DNA of 64,000 nucleotides from Oikopleura dioica (GCA_907165135.1 OU015566.1:3658001-3722000); one strand, 5' to 3'. Counted from the first letter of the stretch, positions 26,487-39,267 are shown. The notes: generated by a model from the letters alone, not told the origin. Numbers and translations are program-made.

Positions 26487-28329
26487 GATAAAATTTGAAC
26501 TCGCCAGGAGAGGTTAACCTTTCACAAATAAACATGATTATGCAGAGCGTAGACAACACAGTATTCAATGGAAAGTATCAATTTTTTCCATTCTCCAAAA
26601 TCGCGATGAATGAATTAAGGGGGTAGAAACAGCTTTTTTCGAAAATAACCGATTTTTGACCGGCGCTACAGACAAGAAAATCTTAGATTTTTAATTTTTC
26701 TCTTCATATTTAGATAGAAACATCTTGGATCAAGGAACATCTCCCTCGAAATTGGCTTGAGTGATAAAATTTTTGAGTAATAAGGCTCAGAAGCAACTCA
26801 TCTCTACGAAATTCTCGATTTTCGCACATTTTCGACCTCGAATATCTCGAGTCACGTGATAAGAAAACAAATTTCATTCACATTTTTGTAAAGCTGAACA
26901 CCATTTATTATTGAGCGTCTCGAAATCGAGAAACTGGCTGTTATTATGTGAGGCTCTACTTAGAATGTCTGACTTTTATAGACACAAAGACCCTCAAAGT
27001 CAGGTCCTATTGAACAGATTAGCGATTTTGCCGTAATTAAAAAAAATATTTTTATATGGGAAAATCTAGTTGTAAGGGCTTCTTATTCGGAGAAGACTAC
27101 CATTCTCATTATCCGTTCGACAATCTTACCGAAATATCTGCCAACTTGAAGAATCAACCCAATCAACACTGGAATCAAAAGAAACATCATCGCACTGCCT
27201 TTGTTGTTCCATTGTATGTCGAAGAGGAGCTTCAAAAAGAGCCTCATTTGACTCATCTTCGGTGAGTACTGGTTTCTTCTTCTCTTGCAAGTTTTTTTTC
27301 GTTCAGTTTTCTAAAACAAGAAGAGGATAAAAAAATCGTACGAAAATTGTCTTTTATGGATATTTTTAGCGGCGCAGTTTGTTTGACATTGAGACAGAGA
27401 GCGCCACTCGCAAAAAGTCAATTCAGTCAACTGAGGTCAGCAGCGAAGGTGGTAGACTTTGGCATGAATAAACAAAAAGAAAAAAATTATGATCTTTTTA
27501 CGATAAATTATGCGGCATTCAATTTTCTCTATAATTTTTATTCTCTCGATGTTTTTTTTGCAAGACGATCATCTCTTATTTTCGTCTCAAAAAAGAGTCA
27601 GCAATCACAATAAAGTTTATGGAAACGATTATTTTAAAATATTTTTGATTATCTTCACTCGAATTCGAATAACATTAAAGACACGTAATGATACGTAAAA
27701 TTTCATATCGAGTTGTAAAATAATTATTTAATGTATATTTTATTTAGCGACTATATTTTTCAAAGTCAGCATGAAAAAAGTCATCAGTCTCTGAGACAGT
27801 TTCGAACTCAATTGCCAATTTGTGTTATGTAACATCCATGATAGAAAATTATTTCTTATTGATAATTTGTTTTATAAAAATCGAGTCGATGAATAATTAT
27901 TTATGTTTCATACCTTTTATCTTTTGATTGAAATCGTCATTTTCGTTAAGTCTCTTTTTGTATCGCCAAAAATCGGGATCGGCGACGAAATATCTCGCCT
28001 TATTTCGACCGAACTACAGTGCTCGATAAACTCACTGTCCTCCAATCAACGCGAGCTATAAAAAGGTCACGGAGGACAGCTGGACAAAAATTGAACCAAA
28101 ATGAACTCTGGCCCAGGGTCTTTAGTCTTGATATTTTTGATGATTTTGTTATACAATCTCCTCGGGCAAAGTCGGGAAATCAAATTGCAGGAGATCAGAT
28201 GACTTCCTTGGAGACTGTCTGAGAGTCAAAGACCAACAAGCATTTTTTAGTAAACGGCAATTTATAAGCAACTCAATCGATTAAGAAAGATAAGAAGCAG
28301 GATTACGATTTTGGCCAAAATATTCTGCA

Positions 28330-28520
28330 TTTGAGCGAGCGGGATTTGAGCGAGCGGGATTTCAGCGAGGGCTGAGCGAGCGAGTAGCTGAGCGAGAATT
28401 TTTGATCATCGACTGGGCGAGGTTCAAGCGATCGAGGGAGCGACATTTGAACTAGATCTGAGCGAGATTTGAGCGGGATACGAGCGAGGTTTGAGTGGGA
28501 TCTGAGCAATGCTCGAGCGA
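28330..28520. repeat. Degenerate GAGC-rich tandem repeat (TGAGCGAGCGGGATT-like units)
   Basis: ttgagcgagcgggatttgagcgagcgggatttcagcgagggctgagcgagcgag... read directly. Confidence 0.8.
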
Positions 28521-29633
28521 AAATTTGAATCTACAAAGTTAAAAAAAACACATTTTCGGGGGAATTGAATTCATGAAATTAACATTGATTTGGGTAATTT
28601 CTCGATGAGAATTTCTAAAGCATATAAATAGACCGACAGACAGGTAAATCTGGCATGAAGCTGTTTTTTCTGTGCCGTTGATCGCGAATAATAGCTGTTA
28701 GACACCACCAGACGTCGCTGTTTTTGTCCTCGACATAGTTATTTCGGAGTTTGAACTTTCTTAACTTGTTTGATCTGTCTTTCGGTCTAATTTTTCTGTC
28801 CCCTTTTTCCCAAATTTTTTAAATAAAAATTCCAAAGATGGTTCTAAGCTCCGAAAAATAGGCGAAAGTAAACTTGTTTGAATGAACTCTAGTTCATGCA
28901 AAAATGATGTAATAAAATGGCCTTATGGCATAAGGCTTGTGCAAATAATATACGGCTGAATTCATCTGAACTCGTGTGCACTCGTCTACTGTCGGACGAA
29001 GCCGCTGAACGAGGAAACAGATCAATACAGACTTATGCGAGATTATAAGCCAAAACATATTTACAAAACAATTTTGTCGCAAGTCTGGAACTCCAAGTGG
29101 TTTTTTCCGACCTTGAAATCGTATTTTTTCAGCATGTGAACTTTTCTGCAGACGAGTTCACTTTTGGAGTTTGTTCAAACATGCAGGCAAGGAAGAACAT
29201 TCCAGAAGAAAGAATAACTTTCGATTCGGAAACTCATGCAAACCAGTACGCACCACTTCGTTCTCATATTTTTTTTTTCAGGCTTGACTCTCCATGGGTT
29301 AGGATTAGGGGCTGGGAAATCTAAAGGGGAGGGGTGCGGGGGCGAAGTACCCTGGTTTAGGTCTAAGTTGTGGTCCCGGGGTGGGGGGCATAGCCCCTTG
29401 GTTAGGTTTAGGGTTAGGGGTTTCCAAAAAAGCAGAGTTTCCAGTACGAAGAGAGTGTTATCTTCAAATATAGTTTTTTTTTTATATGATATCCTTGTTA
29501 GTAATATTTGTAGGAATTTAAAATCATTTCTGTCGCGCGAGGGGTATTTGCCTTAGTAACTATCATAAATATTGACACATGTATCTAACGAGCTCTTGAA
29601 TATTCGTTTCGTTAATTTTTTAAACATAAAATA

Positions 29634-30231
29634 ATGATACCGTTAGAAAACGATTTTTACGGATATCCAGAGAACGACCCAAGAAGAGGTTGGAGCATTT
29701 TGACCTGGTGGACAATTGATCCAAGCTCGTGTTTCGCGCTGAGTTTCGCAGTGTCTCTTCCTTGGCTTTCAATGACCTTGGCTATTGCAAGCATTTGTAT
29801 TTTTATTTGGGAAATCGACTATCGGGGTGCAAGGGTTCTTTGGTACTCCTTGGCGTTTATAACGTCCATTCTTTTCTTTCTAGGACAGTTTTCTCTTTTT
29901 ATCAGATTTTTTGTCTTTTTTTTGAAAATATTCAAAGCTCTTGATAGATTCAAATTTTATTATCACCGCATTGTACAACGACTCATACGAGTGGCAAACC
30001 GTTTTGACTCTTCTTGAAGCTGGTCGAATCACTGCTTGGATCGTTCTCGTCTCTGGAACTATTTCCTTCATTCAATGCCTGATCGGGCTTTGCTGCTGGC
30101 CGGATCAGAAAGTCAGTCCATCGGAAATTGAGCTTCAAGTGGACCCAGCAATTGCTAATCTACCGCTAGAATATCAGCAAGAAGCGATAGAACATCGAAA
30201 AAGAGAGCTAGAAAAGGAAATGGTCCAATAA
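29634..30231 (+). CDS. Hypothetical multi-pass membrane protein (spliced; may have an upstream exon near 29100-29270)
   Basis: Hydrophobic segments CFALSFAVSLPWLSMTLAIASICIFIW, VLWYSLAFITSILFFLG and AWIVLVSGTISFIQCLIGLCCW across ORFs 29634-30017 and 29941-30231, joined by a short intron. Confidence 0.55.
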
Positions 30232-30454
30232 TTTTTTCTTGACGAATTTATTTTTGGGCGAATTCGGGACCAAAAAAAAGGAGAACAAAAACGGCCTCAA
30301 AAAATTCTGCTCGTTGAATGCTGGATTCATGATCATAACAATTGCACTTGCTTTTTCTCATGTTTGGTTTATGGAATGGATGAACGAGCATGGATTCTGC
30401 GACCTGCTTTGATTTGCTTCAATAAATGTTTTTTTTTATTTTCATGAAAAAATT

Positions 30455-32684
30455 TTAATTGACAAATTTCAGCTTTGATTTCTTTTTCGTCAGCGTCGCC
30501 TTTTGATTCTTGATAAAATTGTAGTACTTTGTCGCAGCTGCAGTTTCAGCAACGATAATTTGCGCCTTGAGTTTGTTTATGAATCTTTCAAGACCGATTT
30601 CTCGCTGTTTCACTTCGAAGACTAGTTTTTCATCGAAGCTGGCTTTGAAGTCGAACTCGTTTGCTTTTTTAACAGCCTTGTCGATTTTCGCCCCGAGTTC
30701 GTGGATTTGACGGGTGTAGGATTGGATTAACGCTTCTGTATGTTGACCACAGTTGGTTCTGAAACGAAATTGTTAAGTTTAGGGAGAGTTACAAATTTTT
30801 GAAAATTTTTTTCTGAGCTGAGCCGGCTGAGCTGAGGTCGAAATTGAGCTGAGCTGGGCTGAGCTGACCTCTTTCAAAAACCACTGAGCTAAGCTGAGCT
30901 TAGCTCGTTTTCTTCAAAAAAAATTGAGCTGAGCTGGAACTTATCTGAAAATTTTTGAGCTGAGCTTAGGACAATTTCTCGAGCTGAGGTAGCTAAGCTA
31001 AGCTGACAATTTTTCAAGCTGAGCTAGCTGAGCTGAGCAAAAATGGTTCGATCTTGATCAGCTCAATAGACTGAGCTGAGCTGAGCTTAGGTCGAAATTG
31101 AGCTTGCTGAGCTTAGCTGGCTCTTTTCGAAGAGAGATTGAGCTAAGCTGAGCTGAGCTGACCCTCACCTAAAAATTGCTAAGCTGAGCTACAGCTCAGA
31201 CTGCTCAGCTAGCTCAAAATATTTGCAACTCTGAGCCAAGGGAAAATTGTAAAAGAAGACTTACTTGTACATATCTCTTATCGTTTTCTCAGTGCCCTTT
31301 GCTTCGACAATTAGTTCGGACATTGGCTTGAGTTCCTGGTACTCCATCAATTTTTTCACCAAAGCAAAGTATTCTGTAGGAGTGCCAAAAGTATCAGCAA
31401 GTCGAATTCGCTCATTGTTCGTGAACTTCTCGTTGATTGCGATGTGCTCGATTCGATCCCGCATGTCTAGGAGCGGAGGTTAGAGCTGAGGTTTCACGAA
31501 AAACGGGTACCTTGGGTAAAGTTGTGATATTTCAAAAACTCCTTTTTCGCCTCGACATATCGGTCAAAATAAGGATTGAGATCTTCGGTCTGAGCAACTG
31601 GGTCAGGAATGGAATTGAATTTTCCGCTCTTGATTTTGTCGAATGCTTCATCCATTTTTTTCTAAAATATTTGAGCTCGATGAATTACTAATTCAGAATT
31701 AGGCGACTCGTACCTTGTAAAAAGTGAGGTATTCATTTGCGATGAATCTTTGGGCTCCGATTTCTCGGCAGGTGTTCAAGACTTTTGTGATTTCATCTTC
31801 GATAGAGTAAAAAAGAAATATTTTAATTCATAATTCTACTCAAATGAATCGTCGATTCAGAATCGAGAGAAATGATTCGAAAAAAATCTCGAAAATTTCT
31901 CGAAAAATTTCTCTTTTTACTTTTCCTTGCAAACCCTCGATCGGTTCTGTCAAATTAATGTATCCTTGTCCTAGCTCATTTTCGTCAAAAAACTTCGAAT
32001 GCGCGTCGTAAATTTCTTTGATTTGTTTCGTCGATTTTCTCATCCCTTCTTCGTGCTGTTTGAGTTGGGAGATCAGACTTGGCGCTCCGTCCATTTTTTC
32101 TTTCGCTTGCTTGACGATTTTGAAGCGCTCGTCTTCCTGGGTCTTGATCGTTCGCAAGTCTTCGAGGAGTTGGTCCATCTGAAGAATGATTCCTCCTGGG
32201 TCGCCGATTTCGGTGAATTCGCCTTTGATGTATTCCATCAGGTCTTTTTTCTGGACTTGCAGCGTTTCGTTGAGCTTTTTGAACTCGGCGATGAATCTTT
32301 TCGAGAGTTTTTCCACCGAATAATAAACAGAATAATTTTGACCAATAGGAGTCTTGAATTTCGGCTGCCAGCCAATCAAAATTCTCCCTTTTTTGAATGA
32401 AGGCAAAACCCTTTCCTATCAGCTTTTTCAACCGGCCAAACTTCATTCATTCCTTTCAGCATCAGCTCCACCCGAGTCACCTGCCCCTCCAAGCCGGAAA
32501 TCTGTCCATCCAAAAACGAGTCGATTCCGGTCACAACCGACATTGCGATAAACGGCGTAACTGCCATTGTCCACCAGGGAAGAACTCTTCGAATCACCCG
32601 TTTTCTCGACTTAGCCTCGACTTTTTTCTCATCGCTCTTCTCAACCTTTTCCACATTTTTTCTCTGACGAACTTCGCCTGTCAT
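30455..32684 (-). CDS. Hypothetical spliced protein with N-terminal basic region, one hydrophobic segment and coiled-coil body
   Basis: ORF pieces MTGEVRQRK...WWTMAVTPFIAMSVVTG, 31840-32406 (coiled-coil-like), 31261-31464 and a final exon ending ...KSKLKFVN* at 30455. Short introns lie between them. Confidence 0.45.
30785..31232. mobile_element. ~450-bp MITE-like element filled with (CTGAG)n/GCTAA pentamer repeats, intronic
   Basis: Terminal inverted repeat AGAGTTACAAAT (30785-30796) / ATTTGCAACTCT (31221-31232). Interior dominated by gctgagctgagct. No clear TSD. Confidence 0.6.
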
Positions 32685-33578
32685 TTTTTTTCGAGAAATA
32701 GAGAAAAAAGGGTGGTGTTTATTTCTCAACCGGCAGTCGACCGATCGGTGCTCCGGTACCGGTGACGCAGCGACTCTTTCGCCACGAAAAAAGGCAATGT
32801 GAGAAGGATAATAATTATCCGATAATTTTTTATTCAAATTTTCATTTCAAATTTTTTTAGCAATAAAGCTGGAAAGCTTCGTTTCTCTCTCAAACGCCTC
32901 AAAAGCAAGAAATCGTTGCCAAAGATCTTCGTCGACATCAACTGGTCGGACTCGATGATCTTCTTTTTCGTTTTTGAGATCAATTAGATGCCAGTACTTC
33001 TTCTGCTTCTTGTTGATCTCCTATTGATAATTTTCTTTTATTGTTGGATCTAGGCGTACCTTGTTGATTTCACGGTTGGCTGAGTCAATATTTCGGAGAG
33101 TTTTTTCCACTTTGGAAAGTCTTCTGCTCGCTAAAATTGAAAAAGAAAATATTTCTTGTGCTTGTAAAAATTCAAACCGTTAATGATGAATCGAGCGTTC
33201 TCGATAAACTCATCATAATTTCGTCCTGCCTCCATCTTTCCCCTTTTCTTTCTCTTGAGATCACGAATGAAATGATGGAAAAGAACAAAAGTTGAGGAAA
33301 AACTCTTGTTATGAGCATCCTGAAAGATTATCAAGGATCTGAGGTTTCTCTGCTTTCTGATAAGGAGTTTCACATGAATAAGGCTCTCCCCTCAATATTG
33401 AATAAAATATAATAAATATCAATTATTTCTTTATAATTAATAAAATTCAAATAACTATTCTAAAAAATAATCTTATTTTTTATGATAATAAAATTTCTAA
33501 TTTTAATAATTTAAAAAAAATATATTTTATAAATTCATTGATTATTTTCATAGTAATCATTATATTATTCATAAAATA

Positions 33579-34303
33579 CAGTGAAAACCCATTTTAAGGC
33601 CGATTTTCGGATGACAGAGAATTTCAAAAGTGGCCTTAAATTGGATTTTTTTGTCTCGAGTCGGATGACAACAAATTTTTTCCATTCTTTGGATAAAAAA
33701 TGATGAATGAGGGTTATAGGGTTATCGCATATTTCTCTCGCTCGAAGAAAGTATAAATCATGGACTTTTTCCAAATGTGTCCTTTTAACTGAACTCAAGG
33801 TGATTATTTTTTTCATTATTTCAAAAATAATATTCGAAAAACACGTCTGAAAAAAGATAAACATGACAAATGCTAAGAAAAAAGATATGAAGAGATTCAA
33901 GTGAAGACGTCAAAGAATAGTGACGTGAAGAAGACAATTACTGAGCTTTTTCGATAGAAAAATGGTCTGTAAATTCGTCTGCGTGTTTATACACACCTAT
34001 TTAATGATAGATTGGAACTCTTGGACTCAAATCTAAGTCAAAATTTAAAGAGGACCGTAAGAAATCATCGTCAATTAAAAAATTCGAGAAAAAATCATCA
34101 TAGAGTACAAAAAAAGAGAAATAAAAATTATCATTTTTACCAACTCTGGATAAAACACAAGACATCCCGCAGTCGAATAATCAGATATTAAATAGAAATT
34201 GAAAGAAAGTGGCCTTAAAATGGATTTTTTGAGGACGACAGATTTTGGAGATTTTCCGAAAAAGTGGCCTTAAAAGGGCCGGCCTTAAAATGGGTTTTCA
34301 CTG
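33579..34303. mobile_element. 725-bp non-autonomous Tc1/mariner element (TA TSD, ~24-bp TIRs)
   Basis: TA|CAGTGAAAACCCATTTTAAGGCCG ... CGGCCTTAAAATGGGTTTTCACTG|TA. Subterminal repeats AAAGTGGCCTTAAA. No transposase ORF. Confidence 0.9.
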
Positions 34304-34430
34304 TAAAAAGGTTTTATAGCCCCTTTCAATTGAATATTAAAATAACGATCCTATATCTAAATAATTTCAAGAAGAAACAGAAGATGTCTAATTTTATTTA
34401 CACGGCAGTTCATTTCAATTCTTTCTTTAT

Positions 34431-36068
34431 TCAAAGCTCTTTCTCCGATTCCACGCCATACGCCTGGTACGTGTCCGTGCCACCCGTCAGCTCGAGTATT
34501 TTCTCAAAATTGTCCGTGTAGAACAAATAGCTCCAGTAGATCAGTGACAGAATGCCGAACGAAAGCGGGAAGAGCAATCGAGAGGTACGGTCAAGGCTTT
34601 TTGCCATTGTGCGATAATACTGAATTTTAAATCGAGTTTTGGATAGTTTATGGATTGAGCTTACATTTGAAGCTTGTACGTCTTCCTTAAGGGTGTCCTC
34701 TAGAATCTCTTTGACAGGCCGCGCAGGAACAGTCCTATGTCTCTTTGGAGCATGCTTATTGCAAGTTTAATCACCCCCTTTTTTGTCCAAATAACTCACC
34801 AGTTTCCTGACTACTTGATTGATCCCATTCGTCTGGTAGCCCTGCTTCTCTGAGTCTGGATACGGATTCATCATAATCATCATTCGCGTTTGAGTTTGGG
34901 CGCGAGGACCTCTTCCATTTTCATTTTCAACTCTCTCGACTGAAGATTGCTTGATGCTGGTTTTTGAAGAGTGGGAGTGGCAAGATATCATTCGTCGAAT
35001 TAGGCGGTCAATATGTTTTAGCTAGAACAAACTTGTTAAAAGACGAATGGTTCTTTAGGGTTAGGGTTAACCCTCAAGGGGCCTCATGACAAAAAATTGG
35101 ATAAGGGTAACGGTCAAGATAAGGGCAAAGGAAGCCATCTCAAAAGATAGGTGACGTTTTATATCTGACAGTTACATACAGTAAGACTTTGAATTTAAGA
35201 CATTTATGTTCTTTTATTCAAATGAGCTTACTTCATCCCACCCTTAATCTTTACAGAGGCTTCATTTAATCCAATTTTATTGAAAAGGAAGCTTCTGGAA
35301 AATAAGGGTTTCAGCCTTAATGGACCCCCAAGGCATTTGAAAAATATAATTCTTCATTTGAAAATGATAATTTTCGTTCAAACAAGTTCAATGATGTCAT
35401 TCCTAGCATATTGAAATGCATGAGCCTTTTTACATTGAACATGATGTCTAATTGTATCATCGCTAGGTTGGTTCAGCTAGGTACGTCAGATGCGATAATT
35501 GACGGATCATCCTGTATCTCACCTTGAGCTTCCTGCCATAAAGTATCCCCTCGGATTGTCTGGATAAGTAATTGGCGCACGCAAATTCTAGCAGAGCCGC
35601 GAAAACGTATGTGAGACAGAGCATTAGCCAGATGTCGATCGCTTTGACGTATGAAACCTTTGGCAGTGAACTTGCCGCTTTTAAAGCGGTTCTAGAGCGC
35701 TTTTTTCGTCCAAAATCACCAAGAAAAGAGAGCTCTAGAACCGTTCCTGAGCTACTCATCGATGAAATAGTCCAAACCGTTGTTATTCCTTAATAAATTA
35801 TTTCAATTTTATGTTCAAATTTAGTATTTAACTATTCTATTTAGACTAGAAAAGTGCCACCTTAGCAGCAAAAAGAGAGACTCTTAGCAGAATAAATTAA
35901 TGTTAATCCAAAGATAGTAATTAGCTATGTTGCGGTGGTTTCCCTTGAGTATTCTGAATAAGTAATTCGCAGGTACTAAATTGTGCCTGTATAAACGATG
36001 CATTATTGAGCTCACCAAGTGTTGTGCGAGCTGGAGTCGAGTCGATGTTCACCCAAAATCCGAGCCAG
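34431..36068 (-). CDS. Cys-loop ligand-gated chloride channel (glycine/GABA-A receptor-like), 3' exons only (end of M1 to M4), copy A
   Basis: [19 protein letters not shown]|[51 protein letters not shown], and M4 [23 protein letters not shown]. These match the GlyR pattern ARVGLGITTVLT...[17 protein letters not shown] at 34431-34433. Confidence 0.9.
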
Positions 36069-36307
36069 CTTTTTTTTGCGGAATCAAAATGATGGAATTG
36101 GGAAGGGCTTTTTGGGGGGCTTGCTCGTTTCTGATTGGCTGAGATGATAAATACTGGCTTCTGATTGGCTGAGAGGACCCCATAGCCCAAATGGCCCAGC
36201 GACTTCGAGATATCAATACCCTATGGCCCATAAGTTATGGGTTTCAAGTTGAAACTTTCAACAACGATCGGGTCGAAATTGGTCAAATCAGTGTTGACAC
36301 CCTTAAG

Positions 36308-36807
36308 NNNNNNNNNNNNNNNNNNNNNNNNNNNNNNNNNNNNNNNNNNNNNNNNNNNNNNNNNNNNNNNNNNNNNNNNNNNNNNNNNNNNNNNNNNNNN
36401 NNNNNNNNNNNNNNNNNNNNNNNNNNNNNNNNNNNNNNNNNNNNNNNNNNNNNNNNNNNNNNNNNNNNNNNNNNNNNNNNNNNNNNNNNNNNNNNNNNNN
36501 NNNNNNNNNNNNNNNNNNNNNNNNNNNNNNNNNNNNNNNNNNNNNNNNNNNNNNNNNNNNNNNNNNNNNNNNNNNNNNNNNNNNNNNNNNNNNNNNNNNN
36601 NNNNNNNNNNNNNNNNNNNNNNNNNNNNNNNNNNNNNNNNNNNNNNNNNNNNNNNNNNNNNNNNNNNNNNNNNNNNNNNNNNNNNNNNNNNNNNNNNNNN
36701 NNNNNNNNNNNNNNNNNNNNNNNNNNNNNNNNNNNNNNNNNNNNNNNNNNNNNNNNNNNNNNNNNNNNNNNNNNNNNNNNNNNNNNNNNNNNNNNNNNNN
36801 NNNNNNN
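36308..36807. other. Assembly gap (500 N)
   Basis: Run of N. Confidence 1.
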
Positions 36808-37090
36808 CTGATAAGGAGTTTCAAATGACTAAGGCTCTTCGCTCACTATTGAATAAAGTTAATATCAAATTTTTACTTATAATTAATAAAATTAAAATAT
36901 TTTTATTAAAAATAATATTTTTCATTATTAAAAATAATAATTATTTAATTGAATAAAAAGGGTAAGTAACCCGATTTTATTATATATTAAAATAAAGATA
37001 ACCTATGCGATCTTACATCGGAATAATTTTAGAGAAAACAGAAGATGTCTGATTTATTTACACGGCAGTTCATTTCAATTCTTTCTTAAT

Positions 37091-38642
37091 TCAATGCTCT
37101 TTCTCCGCTTCTACGCCATACGCCTGGTACGTGTCCGTGCCACCCGTCAGCTCGAGTATTTTTCAAAATTGTCCGTGTAGAACAAATAGCTCCAGTAGAT
37201 CAGTGACAGAATGCCGAACGAAAGCGGGAAGAGCAATCGAGAGGTACGGTCAAGGCTTTTCGCCATTGTGCGATAATACTGAATTTTAAATCGAGTTTTG
37301 GATAGTTTATGGATTGAACTTACATTTGAAGCTTGTACGTCTTCCTTAAGGGTGTCCTCTAGAATCTCTTTGACAGGCCGCGCAGGAACAGTCCTATGTC
37401 TCTTTGGAGCATGCTTATTGAAAGTTTAATCACCCTTTTTTGTCCAAATAACTCACCAGTTTCCTGACTACTTGATTGATCCCATTTGTCTGGTAGCCCT
37501 GCTTCTCTGAGTCTGGATACGGATTCATCATAATCATCATTCGCGTTTGGGTTTGGGCACGAGGACCTCGTCCATTTTCATTTTCAACTCTTTCGATGGA
37601 AGATTGCTTGATGCTGGTTTTGAAGAGTGGGAGTGGCAAGATATCATTCGTCGAATGAGGCGGTCAATATGTTTTAGCTAGAATAAATTGATTTTCGGAC
37701 GAATGATTTTTAGGGTTAGGGTTAACCCTTAAGCGACCTCATGACAAAAATTTTAAGAGTTAGGGTTAGGTAAAGGGCAATCTCAAAAGCTAAAATGATA
37801 TTTTACTGATAGCTTTATACAGTAAAACATTCAACTTAAGGCTCTCCCTCCCTTAATTCTAATAAGTTGTGTTTATCCGACGCTTTATTTTTTACATAGG
37901 CTTCATTTTATCCAATTAAATATTTGATTAAAGTGAAGCTTTTGGACAATAAGGGAATTTTCGTTCAAACAAGTTCAATGATGTGCATCCTAGCATATTG
38001 AAATGCATGAGTATTTTTACATTGAACATGATGTCTAATTGTATCATCGCTCCGGTTCAGCTAGGTACGTCAAATGCGATAATTGGCATCCTTTATCTCA
38101 CCTTGAGCTTCCTGCCATATAGTATCCCCTCGGATTGTCTGGATAAGTAATTGGCGCACGCAAATTCTAGCAGAGCCGCGAAAACGTATGTGAGACAGAG
38201 CATTAGCCAGATGTCGATCGCTTTGACGTATGAGACCTTTGGCAGTGAACTTGCAGCTTTGACACGGTTCTAGAGCGCTTTTTCGTCCAATATCATCATC
38301 AAAAAGAGCTCTAGAACCGCTCCTGAACTGCTCATTGACGAAATAGTCCAAACCGTGGTTATGCCTTAATTAATTATATCAATTTAGTGTTCAAATTTAG
38401 TATTTAACTATTCTATTTCGACTAAAAAGTGCCACCTTAGCAGCAAAAAGGTAGACTCTTAGCAGAATAAATTAATGTTAATCCAAAGATAGTAATTAGC
38501 TATTTCGCGGTGGTTTCCTTGAGTATTCTGAATAAGTAATTCGCAGGTACTAAATTGTGCCTGTATAAACAATGCATTATTGAACTCACCAAGTGTTGTG
38601 CGAGCTGGAGTCGAGTCGATGTTCACCCAAAATCCGAGCCAG
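37091..38642 (-). CDS. Second copy (B) of the same GlyR/GABA-A-like 3' exons; tandem duplicate or alternate haplotype
   Basis: Exons and introns are co-linear with copy A with scattered substitutions and indels. Homology extends to the 3' flank (36808 corresponds to ~33358). The Tc1 MITE is absent from this copy. Confidence 0.85.
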
Positions 38643-38844
38643 CTTTTTGCGGAATCAAGATTATGGATTTGAGAAGGGATTTTGGGGGACTTGCTCGTTT
38701 CTGATTGGCTGAGAGAATAAATATTGACTTCTGATTGGATGAGAGGACCCTATAACCCGAATGGCCAAGCGACTTCGAGATTTCAATTAAGAGTGTCAAC
38801 AACGATCAGATCGAAATTGGTCAAATCATTGTTGACACCCTTAA

Positions 38845-39214
38845 GGGGGTCGACGAGAATCGGGATTTCCGTGACCAAAAATGCGGGAAAACCGGATTAG
38901 ATAGGGAAAATCTGATGTTATTGATGGATAGAAAAGGGTTGAAAAAATCAGGCGGCGAAAACTAGAAAAATTTTCGCCAGAAAAATTGGTCAAAAATCCC
39001 CTCAAAGTAGGGGCATTTTCGCGAAAATGCACCAAAAATGGCGATTTTTTCACATTTTCTTAATTTCAACCCCTAAATCTCATTTTTATCAAATGTTTTT
39101 AGGCTCAACAGATTCGGGAGGATCTGACAATTCCAAAATATAAGTTTCATACCCAGACTATGTGTACAAGCGAAATTACGATCACCCCTGAAAAAATTCT
39201 CGTCGACCCCCCCC
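38845..39214. mobile_element. 370-bp MITE with TTAA TSD and GG termini (Kolobok-like)
   Basis: TTAA|GGGGGTCGACGAGAAT ... ATTCTCGTCGACCCCCCCC|TTAA. An adjacent 50-bp TTAA-flanked mini-element at 38791-38840 (GAGTGTCAACAA...TTGTTGACACCC) shares the TTAA at 38841-38844. Confidence 0.8.
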
Positions 39215-39267
39215 TTAACGTTTTGAAACCTCGAAGTTGTTTGGTCATTTTGGTTATCGGGTCCTCT

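Noticed and set aside
27056-27265. Exon-like ORF (HRTAFVVPLY) ending at a GTGAGT donor, possibly a glycosyltransferase fragment
   Set aside because: No continuing exons or DxD motif could be traced; cannot support a gene call.
29290-29420. TTAGGG-like repeats (also ~35055-35070 and ~37710-37770) as telomere or chromosome-fusion site
   Set aside because: Only 2-3 degenerate units inside intronic/intergenic repeats; no array.
36191-36956. Three long ORFs in the ORF track (206, 239, 173 aa)
   Set aside because: Artefacts of translating the 500-N gap.
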